Shown here in pieces: positions 1-11,603 of a DNA stretch of 64,000 bases. The first letter of the stretch is position 1; every line of letters starts with the position of its first letter. The notes beneath the pieces were generated by a model that saw only the letters and a program-made list of their open reading frames with translations, made no database searches and was not told the DNA's origin. The translations under genes were made by a program, and so were the position numbers. Where the stretch lies: the IMG/VR virus record IMGVR_UViG_3300045988_154156, one strand, 5' to 3'. Source of the stretch: a virus.

Positions 1-108
1 TCTGGTTCAATGCGTAAATTGGTATCTGATGGATTTGTAGAAAAAGTGAGTCAAAATCCAATTGTTTATACTTTAACAGAAAAAGGTAAAAATATTGAAA
101 TTGTGTAA
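1..108 (+). CDS. 3' end of a CDS truncated by the window edge (…KLVSDGFVEKVSQNPIVYTLTEKGKNIEIV*); looks like a winged-helix C-terminus
   Basis: Open frame from base 1 to TAA at 106-108; a strong RBS for the next gene follows. Confidence 0.35.
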   Translation, partial: SGSMRKLVSDGFVEKVSQNPIVYTLTEKGKNIEIV

Positions 109-130
109 TTATTAAGGAGAAAAATAATTT

Positions 131-1063
131 ATGAAGAAAACTATGGAAAATGTAACTCATATTGAAGGTATTTTGTATGAACATAATTTGGAATCAAAGG
201 TTTCTGGACCTAATTCTAAGACTCCTGGCACTCCTTTTATTTCTGGTACTATTAGCATCGCTACTGATGATGCTTTAACTAATATCGTTCAAGTTCATTT
301 TACTTATGTAACTCCTACAACTTCTAAGGGAAGTGCAAACGCCACTTATACTCTTCTTCAGAATATTATTGATGGCTTAGTAGGTACTTATATGAAAGAT
401 GGTGCTGATAAGGCTGCTAAACTTCGTGTTGATTCTGCTATTGGTTTGAATGAATTCTATTCTGATCGTAACGGTAAGTCAGAACTTGTTAGCACTAAGC
501 GCAATGAAGGTGGATTTGTTCATCTGACTAATACTTTAGCAGAAGATGAAAAAGTAAGAAATACTTTTAAGTGTGATATGGTTATTACTGGTGTAACTCA
601 TATTGATGGTGATGAAGAAAAGAAACTTCCTGAGAAGGTAATTGTTAAGGGAGCAATTTTTGATTTCCGTAAAGCTTTATTGCCAGTTGAATTCTCTGCT
701 ACCAATCCAGGAGCTATGGCTTATTATGAAGGACTTGGTGCTTCTAACTCAGAACCAGTATTTACTAAGGTTTGGGGTCGTCAGGTATCTGAAACTATTG
801 TGCGTGAGATTCGTGAAGAATCTGCTTTTGGTGAAGATAATGTTCGTGAAGTACAGACTACTCGTAAGGACTTTGTAATTACTGGTGGCGCTAAGGATCC
901 ATATCCTTGGGATGACGAAGAATTCTTGACCGCAAAGGAATTAACTGATGCTATGACTCAGCGTCAGACTTATCTTGCTACTATTAAGCAAAGACAAGAT
1001 GAATACAAGGCGGCTAAAAATGCAAGCATCGCTGCTCCTGCTCCCGGTGGATTTAATTTTTAA
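131..1063 (+). CDS. Hypothetical protein, 310 aa with no in-frame TAG; possible ssDNA-binding or annealing partner of the adjacent Sak4-like ATPase (uncertain)
   Basis: Intact ORF with RBS AAGGAGA 8 nt upstream, TAA stop, and position next to the Sak4-like gene. Confidence 0.7.
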   Translation: MKKTMENVTHIEGILYEHNLESKVSGPNSKTPGTPFISGTISIATDDALTNIVQVHFTYVTPTTSKGSANATYTLLQNIIDGLVGTYMKDGADKAAKLRVDSAIGLNEFYSDRNGKSELVSTKRNEGGFVHLTNTLAEDEKVRNTFKCDMVITGVTHIDGDEEKKLPEKVIVKGAIFDFRKALLPVEFSATNPGAMAYYEGLGASNSEPVFTKVWGRQVSETIVREIREESAFGEDNVREVQTTRKDFVITGGAKDPYPWDDEEFLTAKELTDAMTQRQTYLATIKQRQDEYKAAKNASIAAPAPGGFNF

Positions 1064-1078
1064 TAAATAGCCAATAGA

Positions 1079-1104
1079 TGATGGTCTCTAGAGAGGCCAT
1101 CATG
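1079..1104 (+). other. 11-bp stem-loop (ATGATGGTCTC-TAGA-GAGGCCATCAT) downstream of the first gene, with no T-tract
   Basis: Inverted repeat read directly from the sequence. No U-run follows, so it is not a classical intrinsic terminator. Confidence 0.3.
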
Positions 1105-1219
1105 CTAAACTAAATATATTATATGATGATGATGTTTTGTTAAATAAAGAAGAAATAGATAAATTACTAAATGAATATTGTAAATTATTTGAATTGGAGA
1201 AAAAGGAGAAAATTAAATA

Positions 1220-2209
1220 ATGGCTATTAATCTGTTAGGCCTTACCCCTCATAAGGTTAGTCGTGATCTTTCTGGATATATTACTTATATCTATGGTGCT
1301 GAAAAATCTGGTAAAACTACTTTTGCCTCTCATATGCCTTCAGCATTGATTCTTGCTTTTGAACGAGGATATAATGCTTTACCTGGTGTATTAGCACAGG
1401 ATATTACTTCTTGGGGCGATATGAAGCAAATTCTTCGAGAATTAAAAAAGCCAGAAGTAAAAGAAAGATTTAAGTCTATCGCAGTTGATACAGTTGATAT
1501 TGCTGGATAGTTCTGCGAAAAATATGTTTGCGCACAAAATAGTGTAGATACTCTTTCTGGTATTCCTTATGGACAAGGTTGGACCCTTGTAAAGAAAGAG
1601 TTTGAGGAAATGTTTAGAACTATTGCTCAGCTTGGTTATGCTGTCGTTTTTATTTCTCATAGTAAAGATAAGACTTTTAAGACTAAGACTGGCGTAGAGT
1701 ATAATCAAATTATTCCTACTTGCCCTACTTCTTACAATGATATTGCTAAGAATATGGCTGATATTTATGCTTATGCTGAGAAATATACTGAAAATGGTGA
1801 AGCTAAAGTTCGTTTAATCCTACGTTCTGTTGATAACAGTGCTGAAACTGGTTGCCGTTTTAAGTATATTGTTCCTTCTATTGAATTTTCTTATGAAAAT
1901 TTGGTTAAGGCATTGAATGATGCTATTGATAAGGAAGCTCAGATGTATGATAATAAATTCGTTACTGATCAGCGTGAAGCAACTTCTATTGCTAAGAATT
2001 ATGATTATGATGCTTTAATGGCTGAATTCCAGCAATTAGTTGGTGATTTAATGGCAAAGAATTCTGAGTATTATGCTCCTCGTATTACAAGAGTTATTGA
2101 AAAGTATCTTGGTAAGGGTAAGAAAATTTCAGAAGCTACAATGGATCAGGCAGAGTTCATTAGTTTAATTATTAATGAGATTAAGGAAGAATTAGTTCCT
2201 CAGTCTTAA
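1220..2209 (+). CDS. Sak4-like RecA-family recombination ATPase (AAA_24), with one in-frame TAG at 1508-1510
   Basis: Walker A GAEKSGKTTFA and Walker B-like IAVDTVD. ORF fragments 1220-1510 and 1610-2209 share a frame and are joined by a single TAG. RBS GGAGAAAAAGGAG. Confidence 0.8.
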
Positions 2210-2218
2210 TAAGATAGA

Positions 2219-2258
2219 CCCAAGGCGAGATAAAAATCGCCTTGGGTTGATTTTTTTA
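2219..2258 (+). terminator. Rho-independent terminator (CCCAAGGCGA-loop-TCGCCTTGGG followed by TTGATTTTTTT)
   Basis: 10-bp GC-rich stem followed by a T-run, immediately after the Sak4-like gene stop. Confidence 0.75.
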
Positions 2259-2275
2259 TTATTTTATGTTATAAT
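2247..2275 (+). promoter_or_regulatory. Sigma-A-type promoter TTGATT-N17-TGtTATAAT
   Basis: -35 at 2247-2252, 17-nt spacer, extended -10 TGTTATAAT at 2267-2275, about 35 nt upstream of the gene starting at 2311. Same architecture as the promoters at 11545 and 19976. Confidence 0.65.
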
Positions 2276-2310
2276 ATATAAAAGAAGAATTTTATGAAAG
2301 GATATTTTAA

Positions 2311-3261
2311 ATGAATATTAGTTTAACCACTAATTGTAATAATCATTGCCCTTATTGTTTTTAGCAAAATATTCATAATTTAAATATGGAAATATCCATC
2401 GAAAATTATGAAAAAATTTTAAAATGGGGACAGGATTATGATAAAGAATATATCCAATTATTGGGTGGAGAACCTACTTTATATTTAAAATTGCCTGATA
2501 TATTTGAAATAACAAATAATTATAAAAAGAAAATAAGTATAATTACTAATTTATTAGGATATAAAGATAATATTGAATTAATAACTCATTGTAATAATAT
2601 AGGTAGTATATTAATTAATACTACTTATGATGATAATAAAAAAGAATTATTTTTATCTAATATGGAACTTATAAAAAATACTTCCTTTTATAAAAGTTTT
2701 AGTATTACTTTAATGCCTAATAAAATTAATAATATAAAATATATTAACCGAATACGAGAATTATCTTTATTATTTCCAATGATTACGGAATTAAGAATTG
2801 GTTTAATGACTCCTTGCCCTGACTAGGATGATTTTTTTATTTATAATTATTCAGAGGATATAATTTTTTTAATAAAAGAATTACAGGGATCTAATTTAAA
2901 TTATTTAACTTTTGATTGTAGTATTAATTTATGTGAATTAGATTTTTCATTATTTAAATTATTAGCTGAAAATTAGATAAATAATTTATTTATTAATTTA
3001 ATAAATGTCACTTGTCCTGGGCCATGTATAGATATTATGCCTAATTTAGATATAAAATATTGTTATTCTATGTCTAAATTTTTTCCAACTAAAAATATTA
3101 CAGATTTTAATAATTATACTGAAGCTTATAATTATTATAATTCTTTAAATAAAAAATATTAGATTAAAAATAATAAATGCTTAAATTGCATTAATTTCCC
3201 AATATTATGTTAGCCTTGTCCTAGTATAGATTAGGCATTATTAAAAATAGAAAAGAGATGA
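2311..3261 (+). CDS. Radical SAM enzyme with C-terminal Cys-rich SPASM/twitch-like domain (about 316 aa, about 6 in-frame TAG)
   Basis: N-terminal CNNHCPYC (CxxxCxxC) motif, then LLGGEPTL. C-terminal Cys clusters (CSINLCE…CPGPC…CLNCINFPILCQPC). Single frame with all interruptions TAG and a TGA terminator. Confidence 0.75.
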
Positions 3262-3265
3262 ATAT

Positions 3266-3793
3266 ATGGCTCATAAAGTAAAATGTATCTATTGTTAGCA
3301 AGTATTTGATAGAGATAAATATCCATATATTCAAGTATCTTCTAGACGATATGCGCATCCTGCTTGCGCACAAGCAGAGAATAAAAAAAAGCAAGAAGAA
3401 GAAAATGATAAAGAAAAATTTGAAAAATATGTAATGAATTTACTTGATGAAACTTATATTAATGCTCGTGTACGCAAATAGATGAATACATATATAGAAG
3501 ATTATAATTATACTTATTCAGGAATGTTAAAAGCTTTAGTTTATTTTTATGAAGTAAAAGGTAATAGTAAGGCAAAAGCTAATGGTGGTATAGGAATTAT
3601 TCCATATATTTATAAAGATGCTTATAATTATTATTATAATTTATGGATGGCGCAACAGTCGAATCAAGGTAAAGTTATACAAGATTATGTACCAAAAGAA
3701 AAAGTGGTAATAATTCCATTACCAAAACGAATACCTATGAAACGAAGACTATTTACATTCTTGGATGATAAGGAGAATTAGAGTGAGTAGTAA
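3266..3793 (+). CDS. Small zinc-ribbon-like protein with a Tyr-rich C-terminal half (MAHKVKCIYCQQ…HPACAQ… IPYIYKDAYNYYYNLW)
   Basis: ATG at 3266; C-x2-C…H-x2-C motif; two internal TAGs in frame; runs into the dnaB start. Confidence 0.5.
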
Positions 3794-5312
3794 ATATGTT
3801 GATTCGACTGCTATTATGTAGGTAATTGGTTGTGTTTTTAATACTCCTCAATTATTAGATTTAACTGATAAATATACTATAACTGATGAAGATTTTGCTG
3901 ATCAATTTCATCGTATAGTTTTTGGAGCTATTTATAAGATTCATGAATTAGGAGCTGAAAAAATTACATTAGAAAATATTTCTGATTTTTTAGCAGACCG
4001 TCCTAAATATGAAGGAATTTATAAAGCTAACAAAGGTGAAGAATGGTTATTAAAAGTAGCTGAAAATGCTAAAATTTTATCTTTTGATTATTATTATGGT
4101 CGTTTAAAAAAGATGTCATTACTTCGTGCTTATGATAATTATGGTATTGATGTATCTTTTATATATGACCCTGATAATATCTTAGATGTTGAAAAAAAGC
4201 AATTACAAGAAGAAAATTTAGATAACTCTACATTGGAGCATATTGCGCAATTAGTAGATGATAGAATAGATGAAATTAAATATGAATATGTAAATAATGT
4301 AGAAGGTGTCGCTGTACAAGCAGGTACTGGAATATTTGATTTAATTGAATCTCTTAAAGAGCATCCAGAAGTAGGAAGCCCTCTATATGGTCCATTAATT
4401 AATACAGTTACTCGTGGCGCCAGATTAAGAAAGTTTTATTTGCGATCTGCTGCTACTGGCGTTGGTAAAACTCGTTCTATGATTGCCGATGCTTGTAATA
4501 TTGCTTGCAATAAAATATATAATGAAAATTTCGGTTGGATTAAAAATGGCGTTAGTGAACCAGTTCTTTATATCGCAACAGAACAAGATTTAAGTGAAAT
4601 CCAAACAATGATGTTAGCTTTTCTTTCTAACGTGAATGAAGAGCATATTATAAATGGCTCATATGAAGGCGATGAAGAAGAAAGAATAATTCAAGCTGGC
4701 CAAATTATTGAAGATAGTCCTATTTACTTACGAGAATTACCTGATTTTTCATTACAAGATGTAGAAAATGAAATTAAAAAAGCAATTAGAGATTATGGAG
4801 TAAAGTATATTTTTCACGATTATATTCATACAAGTATGAAAATTTTAGAAGAAATTACTAAACGAAGTGGTGGAGTTAAATTGCGTGAAGATAATATTCT
4901 TTTTATGTTATCAACTCGATTGAAAGATATTTGTAATCAATATGGAGTATTTATTATGTCTGCTACATAGCTGAATGGTGATTATGTAGATTCTAAAACT
5001 CCTGACCAAAATTTACTTCGTGGCGCAAAATCTATTGCAGATAAAATTGACTATGGTTCAATTTTATTAAATGTTCAAGATGATGATTTAATTGCTCTAA
5101 AAGATATATTAAGTGCTAATTTATTTGATACTCCAACTATTAAAATGTCTGTTTATAAAAATAGACGAGGTAGATATAAAGGAATAATTTTATGGTGTAA
5201 AGCAGATTTAGGTGTATGTAGAATTACTCCTATGTTCTGTACTACTTATAATTATGAATTAGTACCTATTGATGATATGAGAATTATGATTGAAGAAGAA
5301 TCCGCTTTTTAA
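3783..5312 (+). CDS. dnaB: DnaB-family replicative DNA helicase (509 codons, 2 in-frame TAG)
   Basis: GTG start 7 nt after AAGGAG. N-terminal DnaB-like domain (…VIGCVFNTPQLLD…), Walker A AATGVGKT, and IFHDYIHT…MSAT motifs. Frame continuous through ORF 4113-4970. Confidence 0.85.
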
Positions 5313-5329
5313 TGAAAGGAAAATATATT

Positions 5330-5512
5330 ATGGATAAGAAAGAAATTATTGGTGGAACTATTGAATATAAGATGCCTAAAGAAATGGCTAATATGTATTT
5401 AAAGACTGCTAAAGGAGAGTTTGCTAAAAAGCATCCTCAAGAATACCTTATTAAGGTAGTTAATGAAGAATTCGGCGTTAAAGGTACTTGTATTAATGTA
5501 ATTACATTCTAA
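5330..5512 (+). CDS. Small hypothetical protein (about 60 aa)
   Basis: ATG with AAAGGA RBS. The stop overlaps the primase start (TAATG). Confidence 0.4.
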   Translation: MDKKEIIGGTIEYKMPKEMANMYLKTAKGEFAKKHPQEYLIKVVNEEFGVKGTCINVITF

Positions 5513-6615
5513 TGATAGTATTTGATAAATTAGAAATAAGACAAGCATTAACTCTTGATAATATTTTTGATTTATTAATTGAATGGGGTGGAGATCCTGA
5601 ATATACTGATTTTGGGATAGTCTCCACCACCATTTGTCATAATCATCCAGGTGAAGGTAGCCGTAAATTATATTATTATGATAATACAGGACTATTTAAG
5701 TGTTACACTGGATGCGATTCTACTTTTGATATATTTGAATTGTGTTCTAAGATTATGAATATTCAATTTGCTGAAACATTTGATTTAAATGATGCTGTTT
5801 TATGGATAGCTCGCAGATTTGGGTTATCAGGTATGATTAAAGATGATAATGAAGGCAAAACTTTAGATGATTGGAAAGTTCTTTCTAATTATGCTAAAAT
5901 TCAAGAAATTGAATTAAAAGATAGTAGAACAACATTAAAAACTTATGATGATTCAATATTATCAAGATTAAATTATAAAGTAAAACTTACTCCTTGGTTA
6001 AATGAAGGAATTTCGCAAGAAGTCCTTACCAAGGCACATATAGGTTATTATCCAGGAGGAGATTAGATTACCATTCCTCATTATGATGTAAATGGTAATT
6101 TTATAGGATTGCGCGGACGTACTATGTGTAAATCTGAAGCGGAAGTATATGGCAAATATCGTCCTATTAAAATTAATAATCAATTATATAATCATCCTCT
6201 TGGACTAAACTTATATGGTTTAAATTGGAATAAACAAGCTATTAAAAAAATGAAGAAGGTAATTATTTTTGAATCTGAAAAATCAGTTTTGAAATATGCT
6301 ACTTATTTTGGATGGAATAATAATATTTCAGTAGCTTGTTGTGGTAGTAATATTTCTTCACATCAAATTCAATTACTATTAGATTGCGGTGTAGAAGAAA
6401 TTATTATTGCTTTTGATAGATAGTTTCAGGCAATTGGTGATGATGAATTTAAACATCTTAAAATTAATTTATTAAAAACTAGAACTAAATATAAAAATTT
6501 TGTTACTATATCTTTTATATTTGATAAAAATATGATAACTCAATATAAAAATAGTCCAATAGATGAAGGAAAAGAAAAATTTCTTCAACTATTTAAAGAA
6601 AGGATTTTAATTTAA
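5512..6615 (+). CDS. dnaG: DnaG-like DNA primase (zinc-binding plus TOPRIM), 2 in-frame TAG
   Basis: CHNHPGEG…CYTGC zinc-ribbon-like motif. TOPRIM-like IIFESEKSV and IIIAFDR. Located right after dnaB. Fragments 5512-6066 and 6109-6423 are in one frame, joined by TAG. Confidence 0.7.
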
Positions 6616-6616
6616 C

Positions 6617-8356
6617 GTGGAATATCATTTAAAGGCTCCAATGATTCCAGGTTATAGTCCTATAGAACAAATTCTTAATAATAGAGGTATTAAAAATATC
6701 TATCATTATTTACATACTACAGATGATGATATTCTTGATCCTTCTACTATTATGAATATAAAAAATGGGGCCATAATGCTGGTTTCACATATAAATAATA
6801 ATGATAAAATTTTAATATAGATAGACAGCGATTGTGATGGTTATACATCCGCCGCTGCTTTAATTAATTATTTACATAAAATCTGTCCTGCTTTTGTAGA
6901 AAATAATATTTCATATCGAGTACATGAAGGCAAATAGCATGGGATATTATTAGATAGTATTGGCAATGATATTAAATTGGTTATTGCTCCAGATTCTTCG
7001 TCAAATGATTATGAAGAACATAAATAGCTTAAAGAACATGGAATTGATGTATTAGTAATAGATCATCATGAAGCAGATAAAGTTTCTCAGTATGCTTGTA
7101 TAATTAATAATTAGTTATGTAACTATCCAACTAAATCATTATCTGGTGTCGGCATGGTTTATAAATTTTGTAGTTATTTAGATAAATTAATGAATGTAAC
7201 ATATGCTGATGACTTATTAGATTTAGTTGCTCTTGGCTTAATTGCTGATATGATGGATTTACGAGATTATGAAACTAAACGGCTTATTGATAAAGGTTTA
7301 AATCATATTATTAATCCATTTATTAGAACGATGATTAATAGAGATGCTTTTCATTTTTCGAATGGTATTACCCCAATTGATGTAGCATTTTATATTGCTC
7401 CTTTAGTAAATGCTGTTACTCGAGTAGGCACATAGGAAGAAAAATTAGTATTATTTGAATCTATGTTAGATTTTAAAGGATATGAATTAATTCCTTCAAC
7501 TAAGCGTGGTTGTTCTGGTAATGCCGAGCCTAGAGTAGAGTAGGCTTGTAGAAATTGTACTAATATTAAAAATAGATAGACTAGAACTAGAGATGCTGCT
7601 TTAGAGACTATTGAGAATTTAATTACTGCTAATAATTTATTAGAAAATAAATTATTAGTTATTTAGTTAGATAATATTTCTGCAGATCGCAATTTAACAG
7701 GATTAATTGCTAATTAGTTAATGAGTAAATATTAGCGTCCAGTTTTAATTTTAAATAAAGTATTTCATAATGATGGAACAATTACTTGGGAAGGGTCTGG
7801 ACGTGGTTATGATAAATCTAGTTTGAAAGACTTTAGATAGTTCTGTCAAGATACTGGATTGGTTATGTATGCGGAAGGCCATCCTAATGCTTTTGGATGC
7901 GGTATTACTGATGATAAAATTTAGTTATTTATTACAATTACAAATGAAGTACTAAAAAATGTTTAGTTTATTCCATCTTATACAGTTGATTTTATTTATC
8001 ATAATGTTGATGTAAAGCCTGAAGACATTACAGATATTGCTACATTAAAAAATCTTTGGGGACAAGGAATAGAAGAAGCGTTAATTGCTTTGGAAGATGT
8101 TCCTGTGACTGCTGAAAATTTAAATTTAATGGCAAAAGATAAAAATCCTACATTAAAAATTACTTTACCAAATAAAATTAGTATTATTAAATTTAAATCT
8201 TCAGAAGAAGAATTTGAAAAATTATATACTGAACATGGTAAAGTATCTATTAATATTATTGGGCGTTGTTCTGTTAATGAATGGAACGGAATTATAACTC
8301 CTTAGATTTTAGTAGAGGATTATGAAATTGTCAGTAGGAGTGAATATTATTTTTAA
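6617..8356 (+). CDS. RecJ-like DHH-family ssDNA exonuclease / phosphoesterase (about 579 codons, about 14 in-frame TAG)
   Basis: DHH motifs DSDCDGYTSAAAL and GIDVLVIDHHE, plus a GGH-like region (EGHPNAFGCGI). GTG start after GAAAGGA. Every interrupting stop is TAG. Confidence 0.7.
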
Positions 8357-8735
8357 AATAAAAAATATTGAAAGCGCAACTTTTTATGATAAAGATGGAA
8401 ATGAAGTTTTATATTGTAACGGAATAAATAATAGAATCAATCTTTCAGTAGATTCTAATGATTTAAAAGTGTATGGTGGAAAAGGTAATCCTAATATTGG
8501 CTAGATACATTATGAAAAAATTTTAAACCTTTCATTACAAATGGATGAAATTAATATTTCATAGAGTCTGCTCCGCCCGGAGAGGATAGACACAACCGAA
8601 AACCTAAATCAAAATGACGATTAGAAAATTTTCGATCAAAATGAATGGAATAAATTTTTATCTATGTTAGACTCGCCTCCACTAGAAGAAGAATTAACTT
8701 TAATTGGAAATGAATTTTTAAAGGATAAAGAATAA
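8322..8735 (+). CDS. Hypothetical protein (about 137 aa, 3 in-frame TAG); contains the GC-rich patch at 8565-8600
   Basis: Continuous frame MKLSV…GNPNIG(TAG)IHYEKILNLSLQMDEINIS(TAG)SLLRPERIDTTEN…DD(TAG)KIFDQNEW…KDKE* ending at TAA. Confidence 0.5.
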
Positions 8736-8738
8736 AAT

Positions 8739-9020
8739 ATGAAAGAATTAAAAAAAGTAGTAATGAAAGCACAACAATTTGATAATATATCAGAAAATTT
8801 ACAAAATATAGAAAAACATACAAAAGGTTTTATGTATGATAGCCTTTGTTATAGATATCAACTTGCTAGGTATAAAGCCTGCGAAGCAGATGCTATGGAT
8901 TTAATTATAACAAAAGGTTTATCTAAAAGAGAAGCTGAAGCTAAAGCTAGAAATTTATATGAAAGAGATTGTCTACGATTTTATCAAATTCTTGATGAAG
9001 CAATTGGAGAACATGATTAA
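8739..9020 (+). CDS. Small hypothetical protein (93 aa); paralogue of the next gene with an identical C-terminal tail …ILDEAIGEHD
   Basis: ORF with RBS. C-terminal 10 aa nearly identical to gene 9020-9346. Stop/start overlap TAATG. Confidence 0.55.
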   Translation: MKELKKVVMKAQQFDNISENLQNIEKHTKGFMYDSLCYRYQLARYKACEADAMDLIITKGLSKREAEAKARNLYERDCLRFYQILDEAIGEHD

Positions 9021-9346
9021 TGAAAAAGAAATATTATCGTAAGCGAGATAATAATTTTTATTTAGATAAAACTAAAGAAGAAATTTTATCAGAAATTGAT
9101 TATGATAATCCAAAAACTTTTTTACCGTATCTTGAAATACTAGATTATCCATATCTTGAATATGAATGGAATCATTGTCTTCAACTTGGAAGAGGGCGCA
9201 ATTTAAATAATATTTTTGGTAGGTATATTGCACTAATGCGTCTAAAAGGATATAAAAGTTTTTCATATCAAGATAGCGATTATTTAAATAATGCGAGAAA
9301 GAAAAATGATGAAATTTTAGATGAAGTGATTGGAGAGCATGATTAA
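9020..9346 (+). CDS. Small hypothetical protein (108 aa), paralogue with tail …ILDEVIGEHD
   Basis: ORF in the same arrangement as the previous gene (ATGATTAATG junctions at both ends). Confidence 0.55.
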   Translation: MKKKYYRKRDNNFYLDKTKEEILSEIDYDNPKTFLPYLEILDYPYLEYEWNHCLQLGRGRNLNNIFGRYIALMRLKGYKSFSYQDSDYLNNARKKNDEILDEVIGEHD

Positions 9347-9564
9347 TGTGGATTTATTGGAAAGAGCAATGTAATTATTGCTCTAATTATAAAGGTTGTA
9401 CTTATTATGATAAAGTCCAAGAATTAATTTCTCAACTAGATAGTATAGATAGATACGCAGTAGGTGTTTATGGGACATTAAAATGGACTTGTGATTATTT
9501 TAAAATTGATAAGGATAAATATTATAAATTAAATCCTGGAGAGAACTGTAATGATTCTAACTGA
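9346..9564 (+). CDS. Small Cys-rich hypothetical protein (72 aa)
   Basis: ORF overlapping both neighbours; CNYCSNYKGC motif. Confidence 0.45.
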   Translation: MWIYWKEQCNYCSNYKGCTYYDKVQELISQLDSIDRYAVGVYGTLKWTCDYFKIDKDKYYKLNPGENCNDSN

Positions 9565-10744
9565 AAAACAAGAATAGGGATTAAAAATTGCCGTTGAAAG
9601 GTATAAAAACCATGAGCGTTGGACTTGTATAGCAGGTTATGCCGGAAGTGGCAAAAGCACTTTAATTAAATTTATTATTTCAGCTTTAGATGTTGATCCA
9701 GAAACAGAAGTATGTTATGTTGCTTTTACTGGAAAAGCAGCTACTGTTCTTCAATAGAAGGGGTGCCCTAATGCTACTACAGCTCATAAATTATTATATA
9801 AAGCTCGTATGCTGCCAAATGGAAAATATAAATTTACTCCAAAATCTAATGAAGAATTATCTCAATATAAAGTAATTGTAGTTGATGAAGTTTCTATGCT
9901 TCCTTCAGCTATGTGGCATCTTTTATTGAGTCATGGTATTTATATTATAGCAGCTGGAGACCCTGGTTAGCTACCTCCAATAGAAGAAGCAGACAATAAC
10001 CATGTTTTAGATAAACCTCATATTTTCTTAGATGAAATTATGCGGCAAGCGCAAGATAGCGAAATTATTCGATTGTCAATGTGGATTAGAGATGGAAAGC
10101 CTATTTACTCTTATAAACCTGATGGAAATTAGGTTATGATTATTAATTTGTCTTAGCTTCGAGAAGGAATGTATGAATGGGCAGACCAAATCATTTGTGC
10201 GACTAATGATAGAAGAACTTTATTAAATCAAACTGTCAGAAAATTAAAAGGCTTTACATCTGATGAGCCAGAAATTGGTGATAAAATTATTAGTTTACAT
10301 AATAATTGGGATTTTTCTTCTGCTTCTGGAACTTGGGCTTTAACAAATGGTATGATTGGTACTTTAACTAATTATTATAATACGGTGGAAAGAGTACCTT
10401 TATATATTTATGATAAACCAATTATTTATATGAATGCTACTTTTGATCTAGAAGATGGAGATTATTTTCAAGATGTTCCCATTGATTATGAACAATTAAA
10501 AAGTGGCTAGGCTACTTTAACTGGACCACAATGCTATAAAATGAGAAAAAATTAGATGTGTCCAGACCCTCCTTTTGATTTTGCTTATGCTTATGCTATT
10601 AGTTGTTGGAAGGCACAAGGAAGTGAATATGATAAAGTGTTAGGATTTGAAGAAGGGCATCCACATGATAAATTAACACATACATAGTATTTGTATACTA
10701 TGGTGACTAGAGCGAAAGAAAAAATTGTTATTGTGAGGAAATGA
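9551..10744 (+). CDS. RecD/Dda-like superfamily-1 DNA helicase (397 codons, about 7 in-frame TAG)
   Basis: Walker A GYAGSGKST, motif II VVDEVSML, motif III AGDPG(TAG)LPPI which is GDxxQLPP with TAG at the invariant Gln, and C-terminal KAQGSEYDKV. TGA stop. Confidence 0.8.
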
Positions 10745-10820
10745 TATGTCAAATATCTTAATTATTAATTTTGATTTAGTATTAGAATAGTATATTCCAA
10801 TTTTAAAAAATATTAATACA

Positions 10821-11282
10821 ATGGACTTTAAAGATTATTCTATTATTTCCAATAATTTTATCTTAGATTCTAATTTATATAAAATTATTACAAATTTTTT
10901 TAATAAAGCTATAAAAAAAAATAATAGTGATACTATTTCTTTTTATAGAACTTTGAATTCTTTAATACCAATCTTATCTGATCAAAAGGATTTAATAATA
11001 ACAGATATTAGCTATAATGATATTAATATTTTATATCAAAATAATATTAATATTTAGCGAGGAATTTGGTTGAATGGTAGTTTTTCTCCTGCTATTTCTT
11101 CTAAAGTAAATAATATAAATAATTTATTATTACCTAGTTATACGATTTCTCCAGTAATATATGATAATATTTTTGTTATAGGAAGTTTAGATATAATACC
11201 AAAAAATTTATATAATTATTTTTATTTATGGATTGACTTAGCCGCAAATCAAAATAATACATACTATAAACTATTGGAGTAA
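10821..11282 (+). CDS. Hypothetical protein (153 aa, 1 in-frame TAG)
   Basis: ORFs 10821-11057 and 11070-11282 are in the same frame, joined by TAG. Confidence 0.45.
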
Positions 11283-11287
11283 TTAAT

Positions 11288-11548
11288 ATGATAGATAATT
11301 CAATGCTTGATTCATCTTTAGTTGCTATGTTAAATAGTAATATGTTTTTAAAAGATGAAAATTTGATGAATACATTAAGAGGTAGTGTCGCAGAAACTAT
11401 TAAAAAGGTAAATAATGAATTATAGGATTTAGACGGCAAAATTGTTACTAATTCAATTAATCATCAAATGCTTGACAATAAACTTAAAAATTTTGTACGC
11501 GATATAAAATAGGTTTGTGATCGCTATTTAGATAATTGCTATTATTGA
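11288..11548 (+). CDS. Hypothetical protein (about 86 aa, 2 TAG)
   Basis: ATG 6 nt after GGAG; frame continues through TAG at 11423 and 11510 to TGA. Confidence 0.4.
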
Positions 11549-11573
11549 TTTTTTCACAAAATTATGTTATAAT
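11545..11573 (+). promoter_or_regulatory. Sigma-A-type promoter TTGATT-N17-TGtTATAAT upstream of dnaE
   Basis: -35 at 11545-11550; 17-nt spacer ending in TGT; TATAAT at 11568-11573; 30 nt before the dnaE ATG. Confidence 0.65.
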
Positions 11574-11603
11574 ATTTATAGAAATGTAAGAAAGGATAAT
11601 TAA

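Noticed and set aside
1079-1104. Stem-loop after the first gene as an intrinsic terminator
   Set aside because: It is a strong 11-bp stem but has no downstream U-tract. It is kept only as a low-confidence structural feature.
8560-8605. GC-rich island (GTCTGCTCCGCCCGGAGAGGATAGACAC) considered as a tRNA or small RNA, possibly the suppressor tRNA
   Set aside because: No cloverleaf or T-arm (GTTCGA/AATCC) can be drawn. It lies inside a continuous frame (8322-8735) that reads …SLLRPERIDTTEN… with TAG as Gln.
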